IMG/VR virus record: IMGVR_UViG_3300017589_000136 | Location: 1-35,908 of that record | Length of the DNA stretch: 35,908 nucleotides | Direction: 5' to 3' (one strand) | From: a virus | Lineage: Duplodnaviria; Caudoviricetes | Shown: positions 1-8,704 of the stretch, piece by piece | How the letters are laid out: each line of letters starts with the position of its first letter | Position numbering within the stretch: position 1 is the stretch's first letter | Notes under the pieces: generated by a model | The model's input: only the letters and a program-made list of their open reading frames with translations | What the model was told of the DNA's origin: nothing | Database searches by the model: none | Position numbers and translations under genes: made by a program

Positions 1-45
1 AAATACTTCCTCGCAATAATTTCGGAAAATTCTTGTATAATCGAC

Positions 46-81
46 AAAACGAAATGTGATTTTTTCAAAAACAAATTGTGA
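46..81 (+). repeat. Left-end tandem transposase-binding sites
   Basis: AAAACGAAATGTGA (46-59) and AAAACAAATTGTGA (68-81), 22 bp apart, with related inverted copies near the right end. Confidence 0.7.
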
Positions 82-101
82 CATTTTTTCGCAAGAAACA
101 C

Positions 102-143
102 AAAAAAACAGAAAAGCACACCTGATTGGTGTGCTTTTCTGTT
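102..143 (-). terminator. Intrinsic terminator closing the leftward late operon
   Basis: 16-bp perfect stem AACAGAAAAGCACACC (107-122) / GGTGTGCTTTTCTGTT (128-143), U-tract on the - strand, just after the m5C MTase stop. Confidence 0.85.
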
Positions 144-160
144 CTAACTATTTGATAATG

Positions 161-1228
161 TCAGCCATTATTGCTATCTTTAACTATTGGTTTGAGCCAT
201 TGGCGGCTGATTTCGGTGGCTATTCTTGCAGTCATTATCGGTGGCACGCTCATGCCACAAACATACCGAACGTCTGCACCGCAAAAGTCGTAATCGTTGG
301 GGAAACTGCTCATTCTGCAATACTCAGTGGGGTTAACGTTGCGCACCTCGTCGTAGTATATCGTTGTCCCCGAACTTGTGAGCGCACCAGGCACAACATC
401 GTCATACACTATACACGTTGAAAAGAAAGCGTTGTAGGTGTTTTTTCCTCTTAACTTTGCGTCTGCAAACTTTAGGTTCTGGTCTCCCTTCTCAACGTAT
501 GGCCACCGGGCAATAACTGAAGGCCACAGCGGCTTTGGTTGGCTAGTTTTACACCCCCTATCCACAATTTCGCCAAAACGTATAGGTTTTTCGTTGAACT
601 CAAGCCGAAGCGGGGGAAAATCTAGGTCTCGCCGTCTGGCGATAAAAAACACCCTTTCCCTTGCCTGTGGGACGCCCATAGTGGCACTGTTGAGCATGAA
701 TATTTGCACATCGTAGCCCGCCTCCTGCATGCGCTCAACTATCCCAATTGCGTAGCCCTTCGCCTTGCCCGCAATAATACCAGGAACATTCTCCAGAATG
801 GCCACCTTTGGCTTTAGCTTGGCAATGGTGTCGCAGTAGACAAACACCAAATCGTCGAGCGTTTGCTTTGCTTGCCCCTCGTTAAACCGCTTCTCTTTTC
901 CCCACGTTTCCTCGCGCTTGCCGCACATGGAAAAGGTCGTGCATGGCGGGGAGCCGTCTAATACATCAAGGTTGTATAACTCCTCCGGCAGGTCGGTGCG
1001 CTGGTTAAACACCCTTATATCTTCAAGGTAAAAATGTGTTGGCTGGTGGTTGGTCTGGTAAAGTTTAGCCATCTTAGGGTCAATCTCTACGCCTCCCAAG
1101 TGCTCAAACCCCGCCAGCTTGTAGCCCATCGTGCTACCACCACCGCAAACAAACGTTCCAAAAACCTTTAGCCCTGCTGTTGCCGGGTAATCCTCGCTTT
1201 TCTTCCAGCTAAAATTTAATTCGCTCAT
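161..1228 (-). CDS. DNA (cytosine-5)-methyltransferase, orphan
   Basis: Motif I FVCGGG, motif IV DGSPPC, motif VI ENV, motif VIII QARERVF. Confidence 0.93.
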   Translation of the reverse strand: MSELNFSWKKSEDYPATAGLKVFGTFVCGGGSTMGYKLAGFEHLGGVEIDPKMAKLYQTNHQPTHFYLEDIRVFNQRTDLPEELYNLDVLDGSPPCTTFSMCGKREETWGKEKRFNEGQAKQTLDDLVFVYCDTIAKLKPKVAILENVPGIIAGKAKGYAIGIVERMQEAGYDVQIFMLNSATMGVPQARERVFFIARRRDLDFPPLRLEFNEKPIRFGEIVDRGCKTSQPKPLWPSVIARWPYVEKGDQNLKFADAKLRGKNTYNAFFSTCIVYDDVVPGALTSSGTTIYYDEVRNVNPTEYCRMSSFPNDYDFCGADVRYVCGMSVPPIMTARIATEISRQWLKPIVKDSNNG

Positions 1229-2183
1229 ACTCCTTTTTAATCACATCATACTTAAGTTCCCTGTTGACGAACGGCCGTTGCGCCTTCCGCTGCTTCAATT
1301 CACTGCCGTTTAAACTCGGTTTAAACGTTGTTTTAATCTCAATCGCATCGCTTAAGGTGGTGCTAACCTTGTAGTGCATTACATCGGTGTAGGATGCTGC
1401 GCTGTTTAGCTGCACGACGGCCGCGTGCCGCGTGCTACCGCGTAGCGGGTTTTCGGCATTAAGGTTTTGCTCAATCCACCCAAGCAGTTCTTCAATGTTG
1501 CTTTTAGTGGATGTGAAGTAGAAAAAAGAGGTATCCTTTAGCACCTTCAGTACATCTAGGTAGTTCGACAACTTCCAGTAACATTTATAATTTCCTACTT
1601 CTGTTGATAGGTAGGGCGGATCGACAAAAAACACCACGTTTGCCTTTTTATACCGCTCAAACAAAACCTTGTAATCGACCGAAACAACTTCAACGCCCTC
1701 CAAGTAGCCAGGAATAGCATAATCCGCTTTACGAACGCAGTTATACAGCGTTGCTTTTTTCAGCGCAGCCAAGTTGGCAGCATAGTTCATGCTGTAAAGC
1801 AGCGATGAGGATAGCGTTATGTAGTCAACGTAACCTTCCTTTTCCTCTTCCTCCATCAAGCTAATAATTTGGCTGCACACCTCGTGGGGCAGCTTCCTGT
1901 CAACAGGGCAGTCGGCAACGATAATCCTCAACTTGCGCAGTATTTTATTGGTGCTTGCCACTCCACTTAAGCGAGTGGTATAGCCGTCGAAATCGTTGTA
2001 TATCACCCTTGCATTGGGGCGCTCTTGCTTGGTCACGTGGGATAGTAATCCACTGCCGCCAAATAGGTCAACAAACATAGCTCCCTCCGGAAATTCCCTA
2101 AGCGCACGCTTAAACTCACCTACAAATCTCCGCTTTTGCCCCATAAATGGTAGCGGCGCGGATGTGTAATTTTTTTGATTCAT
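1209..2183 (-). CDS. N6-adenine DNA methyltransferase (D12/Dam-like, alpha group)
   Basis: PLPFMGQKR, motif I FVDLFGGSG, motif IV DPPY. Start placed at MNQKNY (2183) after an A-rich leader. Confidence 0.9.
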   Translation of the reverse strand: MNQKNYTSAPLPFMGQKRRFVGEFKRALREFPEGAMFVDLFGGSGLLSHVTKQERPNARVIYNDFDGYTTRLSGVASTNKILRKLRIIVADCPVDRKLPHEVCSQIISLMEEEEKEGYVDYITLSSSLLYSMNYAANLAALKKATLYNCVRKADYAIPGYLEGVEVVSVDYKVLFERYKKANVVFFVDPPYLSTEVGNYKCYWKLSNYLDVLKVLKDTSFFYFTSTKSNIEELLGWIEQNLNAENPLRGSTRHAAVVQLNSAASYTDVMHYKVSTTLSDAIEIKTTFKPSLNGSELKQRKAQRPFVNRELKYDVIKKEYERIKF

Positions 2184-2206
2184 TCTTTTTTTCTTTTTCG
2201 GTTTTA

Positions 2207-2214
2207 TATCTTTG
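2207..2214 (+). promoter_or_regulatory. Bacteroidota -7 promoter element, antisense to the late operon
   Basis: TATCTTTG matches TAnnTTTG, 4 nt before the structured element at 2219; no clear -33 box. Confidence 0.6.
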
Positions 2215-2218
2215 CACC

Positions 2219-2352
2219 ATCTCACATTCCAAAAAGAAAAGGTGCCATAACACCGAGCGAAGGCTTTAGCCTCTGTCGTGGTGTTATGGCACCTTTAATT
2301 GTAAGCGGGGTGAGATACGCTTACAGTAGGCAGGGGCTTCTTTTTCCCCTGC
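2219..2352. ncRNA. Candidate structured RNA (three hairpins plus possible pseudoknot) upstream of the MTase genes
   Basis: 17-bp stem 2238-2254/2280-2296; 8-bp stem 2300-2307/2318-2325 whose loop GTGAGAT (2310-2316) complements ATCTCAC (2219-2225); 7-bp stem 2330-2336/2346-2352. Confidence 0.65.
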
Positions 2353-2361
2353 AATACTATT

Positions 2362-2610
2362 CTACACTGCCGAAGGTGTTAATATACAGGCTCCGCTGGT
2401 CATGTCAATTACCTGGACAAAACCGCCCGCTGGAACATCCCCTATAGTTATGCTGAGGCTTGCGCCAAGCAGGTTCAACGAGCCTTCATCTCTTGCTCTT
2501 ACGGAGGGAGTTATTACGCTTAAACTTGCACCTAGCAAACTAAACGATCCTTCATCCCTGGCCCTTACCGAGGGCGTGGTTACACCCAAACTTGCACCCA
2601 GCAGCATCAT
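2362..2610 (-). CDS. Small tail-associated protein with 22-aa internal repeats
   Basis: TAATG coupling to the upstream fibre gene; LLGASLxVxTPSVRARDEGS repeated about 2.5 times with synonymous divergence. Confidence 0.75.
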   Translation of the reverse strand: MMLLGASLGVTTPSVRARDEGSFSLLGASLSVITPSVRARDEGSLNLLGASLSITIGDVPAGGFVQVIDMTSGACILTPSAV

Positions 2611-4343
2611 TATTGGTTAAATATTGAGTTAATGGTAATCTTTAGTGCAACCCACGATGCGGATACGGTAAACTTTGCTCTTAACGTATTGGCCGATGAG
2701 TAGTATTCCGGGTGAGCATTGGTCAGCGGCCTACCGTCGGTGCCAACGTCTATTGCGCCAGCAGGAATATTGCCCACCCTCAAGCACCTAAGCCCGGTAT
2801 CCATGCCCTTGTCTCCCGACGTGCTCATCGCAGGGGAAGTAAGGTAAGGGTAGGTAGCGTCGTTGGTTAAAAAATCGGCGGGCAGAGTGCCGTTTTCCCA
2901 CACCTTCACCTGAACGGTTGAAAATACCACCGGTCGGCGTATGGGGTATAGGTAGGCTGCGCCAGCGCCGCCTAGCGTGGCTAGCGATGTTGCGTCCACG
3001 CCTGTAATAACGGTTCCCTGCGTGAACGCGTAGCCGCGGTAGCTTACCCATGCACCCTCATCGCACTTCACCACGTAAGCTTTATAATTTTCCAGCGCTA
3101 CACCGCCAACAGTGGCCGCTAATTTATTTGCCTCCTCAAGGCTGAGCAACTCCGTTGGCGTTAGGAAAACGCCCTTCGTTCCGCTGTCGCATACAAAGGG
3201 AACGCTAACCCCGTTGAAGTTAACGTAGCTTCCGGGCATTGGCATTGCCTTGGAGTATAGCACGGCTCCGGCAAAGTCAGCGTTCAGGCTTAACCTACCG
3301 CTAGTAATGGTAAGCCTGTCCGTTGGCTTGACCTCTATCTCGTAAGGGGAGGTGGTGAGGGTCGCCGTTTCCTTAAACTCGATTTTAACCGCCGGGGGAA
3401 ATGGGCCTACGTGCTTTCCTGCATCCATCCAGCAAGCGGGCTGTGCCTCTTTGGTTCCATAAATAAGGCTGTAGTCGAAATCGTAGCCATCCGTCGCACC
3501 GTCGGGAGCATTCACTATCTTATTGTCCGTTACTTGGCAGCTTACCCACGGTAGCTTAGTATAGCCCGTAGCAGCTACGCCATTGTTGAGCCAGCTTTGA
3601 ACGGCGGCGTATTTTTGCGCGGCGGTTTGGCTGTCGGCATCGATGCGAATGTCTGCGCTACCGTCCGCGTTTTTTGCCCAAAACGTGCAGTTAACCCGGA
3701 AAAGGCAGGTGTCCATTTTGCTGGCGGCCGCGAGCGTTGCGTTTACATCAAGGTAAATGCGGCAGTTGTCATAAATACTCTTGGTCATTACAACGCTTCC
3801 GGCGTTGCACCGAACCGCCTCGGGGAAATCCATAAACAGGGAGGAGGAGGCGTTGCAGGTTATGGGGATACAACTCCCGTTTTCCATCTTCACCCGGCGC
3901 AATACCGAATACTTGGCAGAGTAAGTAGTGGTCACCGCCATATTGACTCGCGCAGCGTTGACGAACAAAGACAGGTTAAATGACGTGTTTGCTATCCCCT
4001 CAATCGGTTTTGAGTTAACGTATATTAGCCCTGGTTTGTATATATTGTAGTTCGGGTAATCAATGCTGATATTGCCACCGGCAATTGAGTATAACCCCTT
4101 GCCATCAAATATCGCCTCGCCAAACTTATCCGCACCGATGTTTTTAACCGTAGAAACTTGCTCGCTAAAAAATCCCCTGCAAATAATATAATTACATCCA
4201 ACAACAGCTGCCTTGTTAAGGGACTGGTATGGTTTGTTAAATGTCCCATCACCGAGCAAGTCATCGCCGCCCCAGCTGTCAACATAGATGCAAACTGTGA
4301 CATTGGTTGTCCATGTTCGCTTGTAGTCTAATGCGTATGCCAT
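2610..4343 (-). CDS. Tail spike / receptor-binding protein, probable beta-helix
   Basis: Last large tail gene; N-terminal IYVDSWGGDDLLGDGTFNKPYQSL resembles the cap motif of pectin-lyase-fold proteins. Start MAYALD lies 2 bp after the upstream stop. Confidence 0.65.
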   Translation of the reverse strand: MAYALDYKRTWTTNVTVCIYVDSWGGDDLLGDGTFNKPYQSLNKAAVVGCNYIICRGFFSEQVSTVKNIGADKFGEAIFDGKGLYSIAGGNISIDYPNYNIYKPGLIYVNSKPIEGIANTSFNLSLFVNAARVNMAVTTTYSAKYSVLRRVKMENGSCIPITCNASSSLFMDFPEAVRCNAGSVVMTKSIYDNCRIYLDVNATLAAASKMDTCLFRVNCTFWAKNADGSADIRIDADSQTAAQKYAAVQSWLNNGVAATGYTKLPWVSCQVTDNKIVNAPDGATDGYDFDYSLIYGTKEAQPACWMDAGKHVGPFPPAVKIEFKETATLTTSPYEIEVKPTDRLTITSGRLSLNADFAGAVLYSKAMPMPGSYVNFNGVSVPFVCDSGTKGVFLTPTELLSLEEANKLAATVGGVALENYKAYVVKCDEGAWVSYRGYAFTQGTVITGVDATSLATLGGAGAAYLYPIRRPVVFSTVQVKVWENGTLPADFLTNDATYPYLTSPAMSTSGDKGMDTGLRCLRVGNIPAGAIDVGTDGRPLTNAHPEYYSSANTLRAKFTVSASWVALKITINSIFNQ

Positions 4344-4345
4344 AC

Positions 4346-4669
4346 CTACCCCTCCTCTATTAAAGTAAATACTTCCCTGTCCATGCGCCAGCATTGGCTT
4401 ACCTCGATGTAAACCCGCTCAGCGAGCAGGGTAAACCCTTCAAAGCGCACCTCCAGCATCCTTGGGCGGGCGAACACGTCGAAAGTCGTTTTTCGCGATT
4501 CCTCAGAAACGGTAACCTCCACGCCCAGCTGCCCGTTAGCGGCCACCTCCTGCTTAACTTGGTTGGTAGGCTCAAATAGGGCTGCATTGTAGAACGCCGC
4601 CACAATGGCTTGCTGCACCTCCGGCGCTTGCTCGGAGAATGCCTTTGTTTTGTCGATTGTTGCTTCCAT
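4346..4669 (-). CDS. Hypothetical tail-region protein
   Basis: Tightly packed ORF between fibre genes; start MEATID. Confidence 0.7.
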   Translation of the reverse strand: MEATIDKTKAFSEQAPEVQQAIVAAFYNAALFEPTNQVKQEVAANGQLGVEVTVSEESRKTTFDVFARPRMLEVRFEGFTLLAERVYIEVSQCWRMDREVFTLIEEG

Positions 4670-4676
4670 AATCGGA

Positions 4677-5600
4677 TTAGTTATAAGTCCCTTCAAGTAA
4701 AATGCTACCAAGGGTTTTCCCCGCTGCGTAGGTAACCCTCACCTGTAGCGGTGACCCAGCGGCCAGCGCAAGTGTTAGCGCGGTTCCGCTTGTTGCTGGC
4801 GAAAATGCGCCACCAGCAACGCTGACCTGCACCGTGGCAATATCGGTGGCACTCCACGTTAGCTTGCTAACCGTGGCCGCCGAAGGGAGGTAGGTTACCG
4901 CCTCGGTAGACACGGAAAATCCTATCGCTAAGCGTATGGCCTTGGATGTGGCGGAAAGCGCTTCAGAAAGCATGCGGCCTTGGTTTGCGCTCAGCGGCTT
5001 GTTTGCCGCGGTGCTGGTTAGACTGTCCACGATGTCGGCAATGGCCACCTTGCTGGTCGCAATGGTGTCGATTACGTCCTTGTTGTTCTTGATGAACGCC
5101 ACAATTTCCTTTACGGTATCGAGGTTCACGTCATCAGAGGATACGAGGCTTTGGAGAAGTGTAATTAAGTCATGCAGCTTTTTGAGCGTGTCACCCTCCG
5201 CTGGCACGCCACCGCGTAGGCCATCTACCGCTGCGCTTAGCTGCGTTTCCGCCTCTGCAATGGCTCCATTTTTAGCGGCATCGGCGGAGGTAGCTACCAG
5301 CAGCGGGGTAGCCGCCTCTGTTTCCGTTAGCCCCGGCGTGCTGCTCAGCTGCACTATTCCCTTCTGGGTGAGCGTTGCGTCGGGTATCGCAATGTGGCTA
5401 ATCGCCTCGTTTACGATACCCGCCACGGCCTCCCTATCTATCTTCTTGATGAGCGTTTCCTCCAGCCCCTCAATTTTTGAGGTGGGGATTTGCTCCTCCT
5501 TGTGCCAGTAGCTGTCAATCCAAGCCTCGAACTGGGAGGCGAGCGGTTTTAAACCGCGCTTAAACCACGATTTAAGGGTGTTTATGTCTGTTACTGCCAT
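4677..5600 (-). CDS. Tail fibre protein
   Basis: Tail-fibre repeat DATLTQKGIVQLSS...AATP; TLKSWFKRGLKP..QFEAWIDS N-terminus seen in Bacteroidota phage fibres; coiled-coil segments. Confidence 0.8.
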   Translation of the reverse strand: MAVTDINTLKSWFKRGLKPLASQFEAWIDSYWHKEEQIPTSKIEGLEETLIKKIDREAVAGIVNEAISHIAIPDATLTQKGIVQLSSTPGLTETEAATPLLVATSADAAKNGAIAEAETQLSAAVDGLRGGVPAEGDTLKKLHDLITLLQSLVSSDDVNLDTVKEIVAFIKNNKDVIDTIATSKVAIADIVDSLTSTAANKPLSANQGRMLSEALSATSKAIRLAIGFSVSTEAVTYLPSAATVSKLTWSATDIATVQVSVAGGAFSPATSGTALTLALAAGSPLQVRVTYAAGKTLGSILLEGTYN

Positions 5601-5602
5601 AC

Positions 5603-6436
5603 CTAAAATGCTATTATTGAAAAGCGAATACGCATATCATTTCGTGTGCCATCGTCGGCTACAGTTACCTTGCACTCACGTGCAAGAACATCAAACATTG
5701 CTCTTACGCTGCATTGCGTAACGCCTGCACCTACGCCTACGACAATGTAGTTCGTGTGGCCTATGTTGTGCGTTAGCTTGTATATCCCCTCTTGTACTCT
5801 TGCCACGTAGACTGCTGGCAAGCTTCCGGCTACCTTATCAACCGTGGTTCCGGCCGCATCGAACTCTCCAAGATACACTGCCATCCCCGTGTGGATGTGT
5901 GACTCCGGAGGATAAGCGGAGGGCTTTTCCGATATGGCCGACCAAGGGTGGCTATGTGTCACAGGGGTAAAGGCATTTGGCTTACCGGTAACCCTATCCC
6001 ACGCCACGGTGTGGTTGGTAATGTGGCTGGTTAGCGCGGTGTCTAGGTTAGTTATGGTTTGCGCCATGGTCAGCAGGCTGGGGAGGCGCTGGAAGCTACT
6101 CCACAGGAGCTGCGGGGTTCCTCCGCTGCCAAATATTACCTTGCGCTTGATGTAAAGGTTGGTGTAGGTGTCATCGTAAACCTGAACGCCCTCTTTTTCC
6201 TCCTGAATCACTACCTCCGCAATTTTCTGTCCGCTGACAAAAGGAAGTATCTCTCCGTTAATAATTACAGTCCCTGATGAAATGTAGTCGCCAACTTCCT
6301 CGCACCCCTCAAGGATGTAGCTGTTACCCCCAATCGATGCAAGCTTAGCCGTTAGCGTGACCATGTCCTGCATAAAGGCCAGCGTTTCGCTGCTCATCGG
6401 AAACTGCTGGTATTTTAGTAAGTCTATCCTGTTCAT
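5603..6436 (-). CDS. Baseplate-attached tail fibre protein
   Basis: Follows the baseplate wedge genes; HxHxW..KP fibre repeats (HTVAWDRVTGKP, HSHPWSAISEKP, HIH). Confidence 0.75.
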   Translation of the reverse strand: MNRIDLLKYQQFPMSSETLAFMQDMVTLTAKLASIGGNSYILEGCEEVGDYISSGTVIINGEILPFVSGQKIAEVVIQEEKEGVQVYDDTYTNLYIKRKVIFGSGGTPQLLWSSFQRLPSLLTMAQTITNLDTALTSHITNHTVAWDRVTGKPNAFTPVTHSHPWSAISEKPSAYPPESHIHTGMAVYLGEFDAAGTTVDKVAGSLPAVYVARVQEGIYKLTHNIGHTNYIVVGVGAGVTQCSVRAMFDVLARECKVTVADDGTRNDMRIRFSIIAF

Positions 6437-6447
6437 TGCTGAAATAT

Positions 6448-6993
6448 TTAGTAGAAGTTAATCATGTAGCGTTTGCTGGCCAACTTGTAAAAGTTGACCA
6501 GCGAAACGATGCGGCTCTCGTCAATTTTGCCGCGCATCGCCATGGGCACCATAACCGCGAAGTCAACACCCATAGCTCCGACTGTTCCCTGCTTTGGGAG
6601 TATCTTCACCCCTGCGTTACCGGCGCTGAACATGAGCCGTTTTTGCTGCCGCTCACTGGCAAATCCAAGGTATATGGGTTTCCCCTTTCCTTCGCTGGAA
6701 AATGTTTCCTTTTTGTAGAGGAAGCACCAGTCCAGCGACTCGGCGTCGGATATATAAATGCGCCGTAGGTCGGAATCAAAGGCATCGTTTAGACACCCGC
6801 GTAAGTAGCATACCTGCCCCGTGTGGTTTGTCTTATACAGCGCCTCCCGCCTTGCGGCCATAAATGCCGTGTGAACGCTTACCACCGGGCGAACCAGCGC
6901 CTTGATTAGCGCAAACAGAAGCGGCTTTCTCAAAAACGTTGGCAGCAAAAGCACCACTAACCGCTTAAAATCAACCTCAAAAACCTTGTTCAT
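6448..6993 (-). CDS. Baseplate wedge protein (gpI/gp48-like)
   Basis: Directly downstream of the J-like gene; LLPTFLRKP and GQVCYLRGCLND motifs. Confidence 0.7.
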   Translation of the reverse strand: MNKVFEVDFKRLVVLLLPTFLRKPLLFALIKALVRPVVSVHTAFMAARREALYKTNHTGQVCYLRGCLNDAFDSDLRRIYISDAESLDWCFLYKKETFSSEGKGKPIYLGFASERQQKRLMFSAGNAGVKILPKQGTVGAMGVDFAVMVPMAMRGKIDESRIVSLVNFYKLASKRYMINFY

Positions 6994-7865
6994 ACAGATT
7001 CAATAGTTTGGTAGGCCTTGAAGGTTAGCTGAAGGTCGCCATCCTCATTAATCTTGTAATACCCGGACACGGGAAGTGCCTTCGCCTGAACACTAATCCA
7101 TGGCTTCGCGCCCGTAGCCGCTTTATAGTCGGCATCCGATACCGTCAACGCTTGGCGCAGCTCCGGAATAACCACTCCGTCTAACGCCTGAAGCGCGTCA
7201 ATAAGCGCTGCATTTCGGTATTCTCCATTAAAGGGAAGGTTCTGTAGGTAACTCCTTATTGCCGTGCGCACGGCATCCTCGCCCGTGTCTAGGCGTAGCC
7301 CCGAAGGGGCAAACACCATAGGATCGTAGTATATGTCCATGCTTAGCTGCATGTGATCGGCTGGCAAGTTCACCACCTCAAGCACCACGCCCGCGTCCTT
7401 AATGTCTAAAAAATAGGCGGTAAGCGCAGTTTGCTCGGTGGTGCTCAAGGGTTGTTTATCGCCGCTACCCTTGGCCACCTTAATGTAAAGCCGCCCTTGA
7501 TACTCCACCGCGCTGGCGTACTTGACCACCTTTTCGCTGTCCACCACCTCGGCGTAGGTGTCCGCATCAAGCTCTAAGGATCGCCCCAGCTGAAAAGCCA
7601 TGGCCTTATCGCGGTACCACTTTAAGCGGTGGGGCTTCTTGGTGTCGAGCAGGTCTGAAACCTCCTTCTTATGAAGGTCAAAAAGGCTTTCGAGCATCCA
7701 CATGGCCGCCGCTACTACGTAGAATACAATACTTTCAAGCGACACCTTGGAAAAGACGTCCTCAAAAGCGGCTCCTACCGTAAAGCCATATCGAGCGGCC
7801 ACCGTTTCGTCCGCCATATAGGCCGTGGTCATCACCGCCTTTATTTGTGTTATCGCTTGTGCCAT
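6990..7865 (-). CDS. Baseplate J-like protein
   Basis: Size, position and C-terminal YLQNLPFNG...LIDALQALDGV typical of J-like wedge proteins. Confidence 0.78.
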   Translation of the reverse strand: MAQAITQIKAVMTTAYMADETVAARYGFTVGAAFEDVFSKVSLESIVFYVVAAAMWMLESLFDLHKKEVSDLLDTKKPHRLKWYRDKAMAFQLGRSLELDADTYAEVVDSEKVVKYASAVEYQGRLYIKVAKGSGDKQPLSTTEQTALTAYFLDIKDAGVVLEVVNLPADHMQLSMDIYYDPMVFAPSGLRLDTGEDAVRTAIRSYLQNLPFNGEYRNAALIDALQALDGVVIPELRQALTVSDADYKAATGAKPWISVQAKALPVSGYYKINEDGDLQLTFKAYQTIESV

Positions 7866-8162
7866 TTAGTTAATAATAAAGTCTTCCTCAATTGCCCAGA
7901 ATTCAATACCCTCGTCGGCTATGGTTTGTAACTCCTCGGCCTGCGTCACGGCGGTGGCTGGGATAATGCCGTTAACAGCGTAAAGGTTGGCCACCGCTCG
8001 GCTTGATGGCGCAGCGGTAGCGAATGCCGCGCCAGCCGTAAGCGTATCGGTTGGGCTTAACCCGTTAGCCTGTGCCAACTCAAGCAACGCCTCCACAGAG
8101 CCGCAATGCTGTAGCGAAATATCTATCAGGCTTTGTCCTGGCTCTACCCTTACTGCGTTCAT
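7866..8162 (-). CDS. LysM-like baseplate/tail X protein
   Basis: VEPGQSLIDISLQHCGSVEALLELAQANGL is a LysM pattern; TAATG coupling. Confidence 0.75.
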   Translation of the reverse strand: MNAVRVEPGQSLIDISLQHCGSVEALLELAQANGLSPTDTLTAGAAFATAAPSSRAVANLYAVNGIIPATAVTQAEELQTIADEGIEFWAIEEDFIIN

Positions 8163-8704
8163 TATCGTATAGCGTGTAGCCACTGCACCCCGGTGCTCCT
8201 GTTGAAGGGGTCAGCGGTAATGCCAAAGGCGTTGTTTTTTCGTGCGTATAGTAAAGTTACCCCGGCAGAGGGACGTCTGCCGTAGCTTGCAAATCCCCCG
8301 ACATACCATCGAGGAGGCGGGGTTTCAACGGTGGTAGTGTAAACTACCTGCGTAGGCCTCAAATTTTGGAATTGCATTTGCCGTTCAACGATTTGGTTCT
8401 GCGCAATAACCTCCCGTAGAATAGCCACAAACGAGCTATCCCGAATGGTGTCCTGGTAGGTGTACTGCGTAAAGAACCGCCGAAGGATGGCGGCCGTATC
8501 TACGTCGCGCCAAAAGGTGTCCACCACCACGCTGTCGTGGGGAACAGGAACCGCCACCGGCACGGGGTAGGGTATGCTATCACCGGGAACCGTTACCGTT
8601 TTGGTTACGGCTACCGTGGTTAGCGCAGGGGATGGCTTTAGCATCCAGCCCACAACAAGACCAACAAGGACGGCAATAGCCGCTAACGACAACCGCCCTC
8701 TCAT
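8162..8704 (-). CDS. Lysis-cassette membrane protein, spanin-like candidate
   Basis: N-terminal TM helix, Pro/Thr/Val-rich stalk, C-terminal amphipathic beta-strands; follows endolysin and holin with ATGA overlap. Confidence 0.55.
   Translation of the reverse strand: MRGRLSLAAIAVLVGLVVGWMLKPSPALTTVAVTKTVTVPGDSIPYPVPVAVPVPHDSVVVDTFWRDVDTAAILRRFFTQYTYQDTIRDSSFVAILREVIAQNQIVERQMQFQNLRPTQVVYTTTVETPPPRWYVGGFASYGRRPSAGVTLLYARKNNAFGITADPFNRSTGVQWLHAIR

Noticed and set aside
161-2183. Restriction-modification system
   Set aside because: No endonuclease gene is adjacent; the position fits orphan anti-restriction MTases.
2362-2610. 66-nt repeats as a DGR TR/VR pair or CRISPR array
   Set aside because: No reverse transcriptase or cas gene in the window; differences are mostly synonymous rather than adenine-specific; no spacers.
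4936-5511. Long antisense ORFs (also 9849-10454, 23068-23511, 29720-30307 and others)
   Set aside because: Shadow frames of well-supported genes, with no motifs or plausible start signals.
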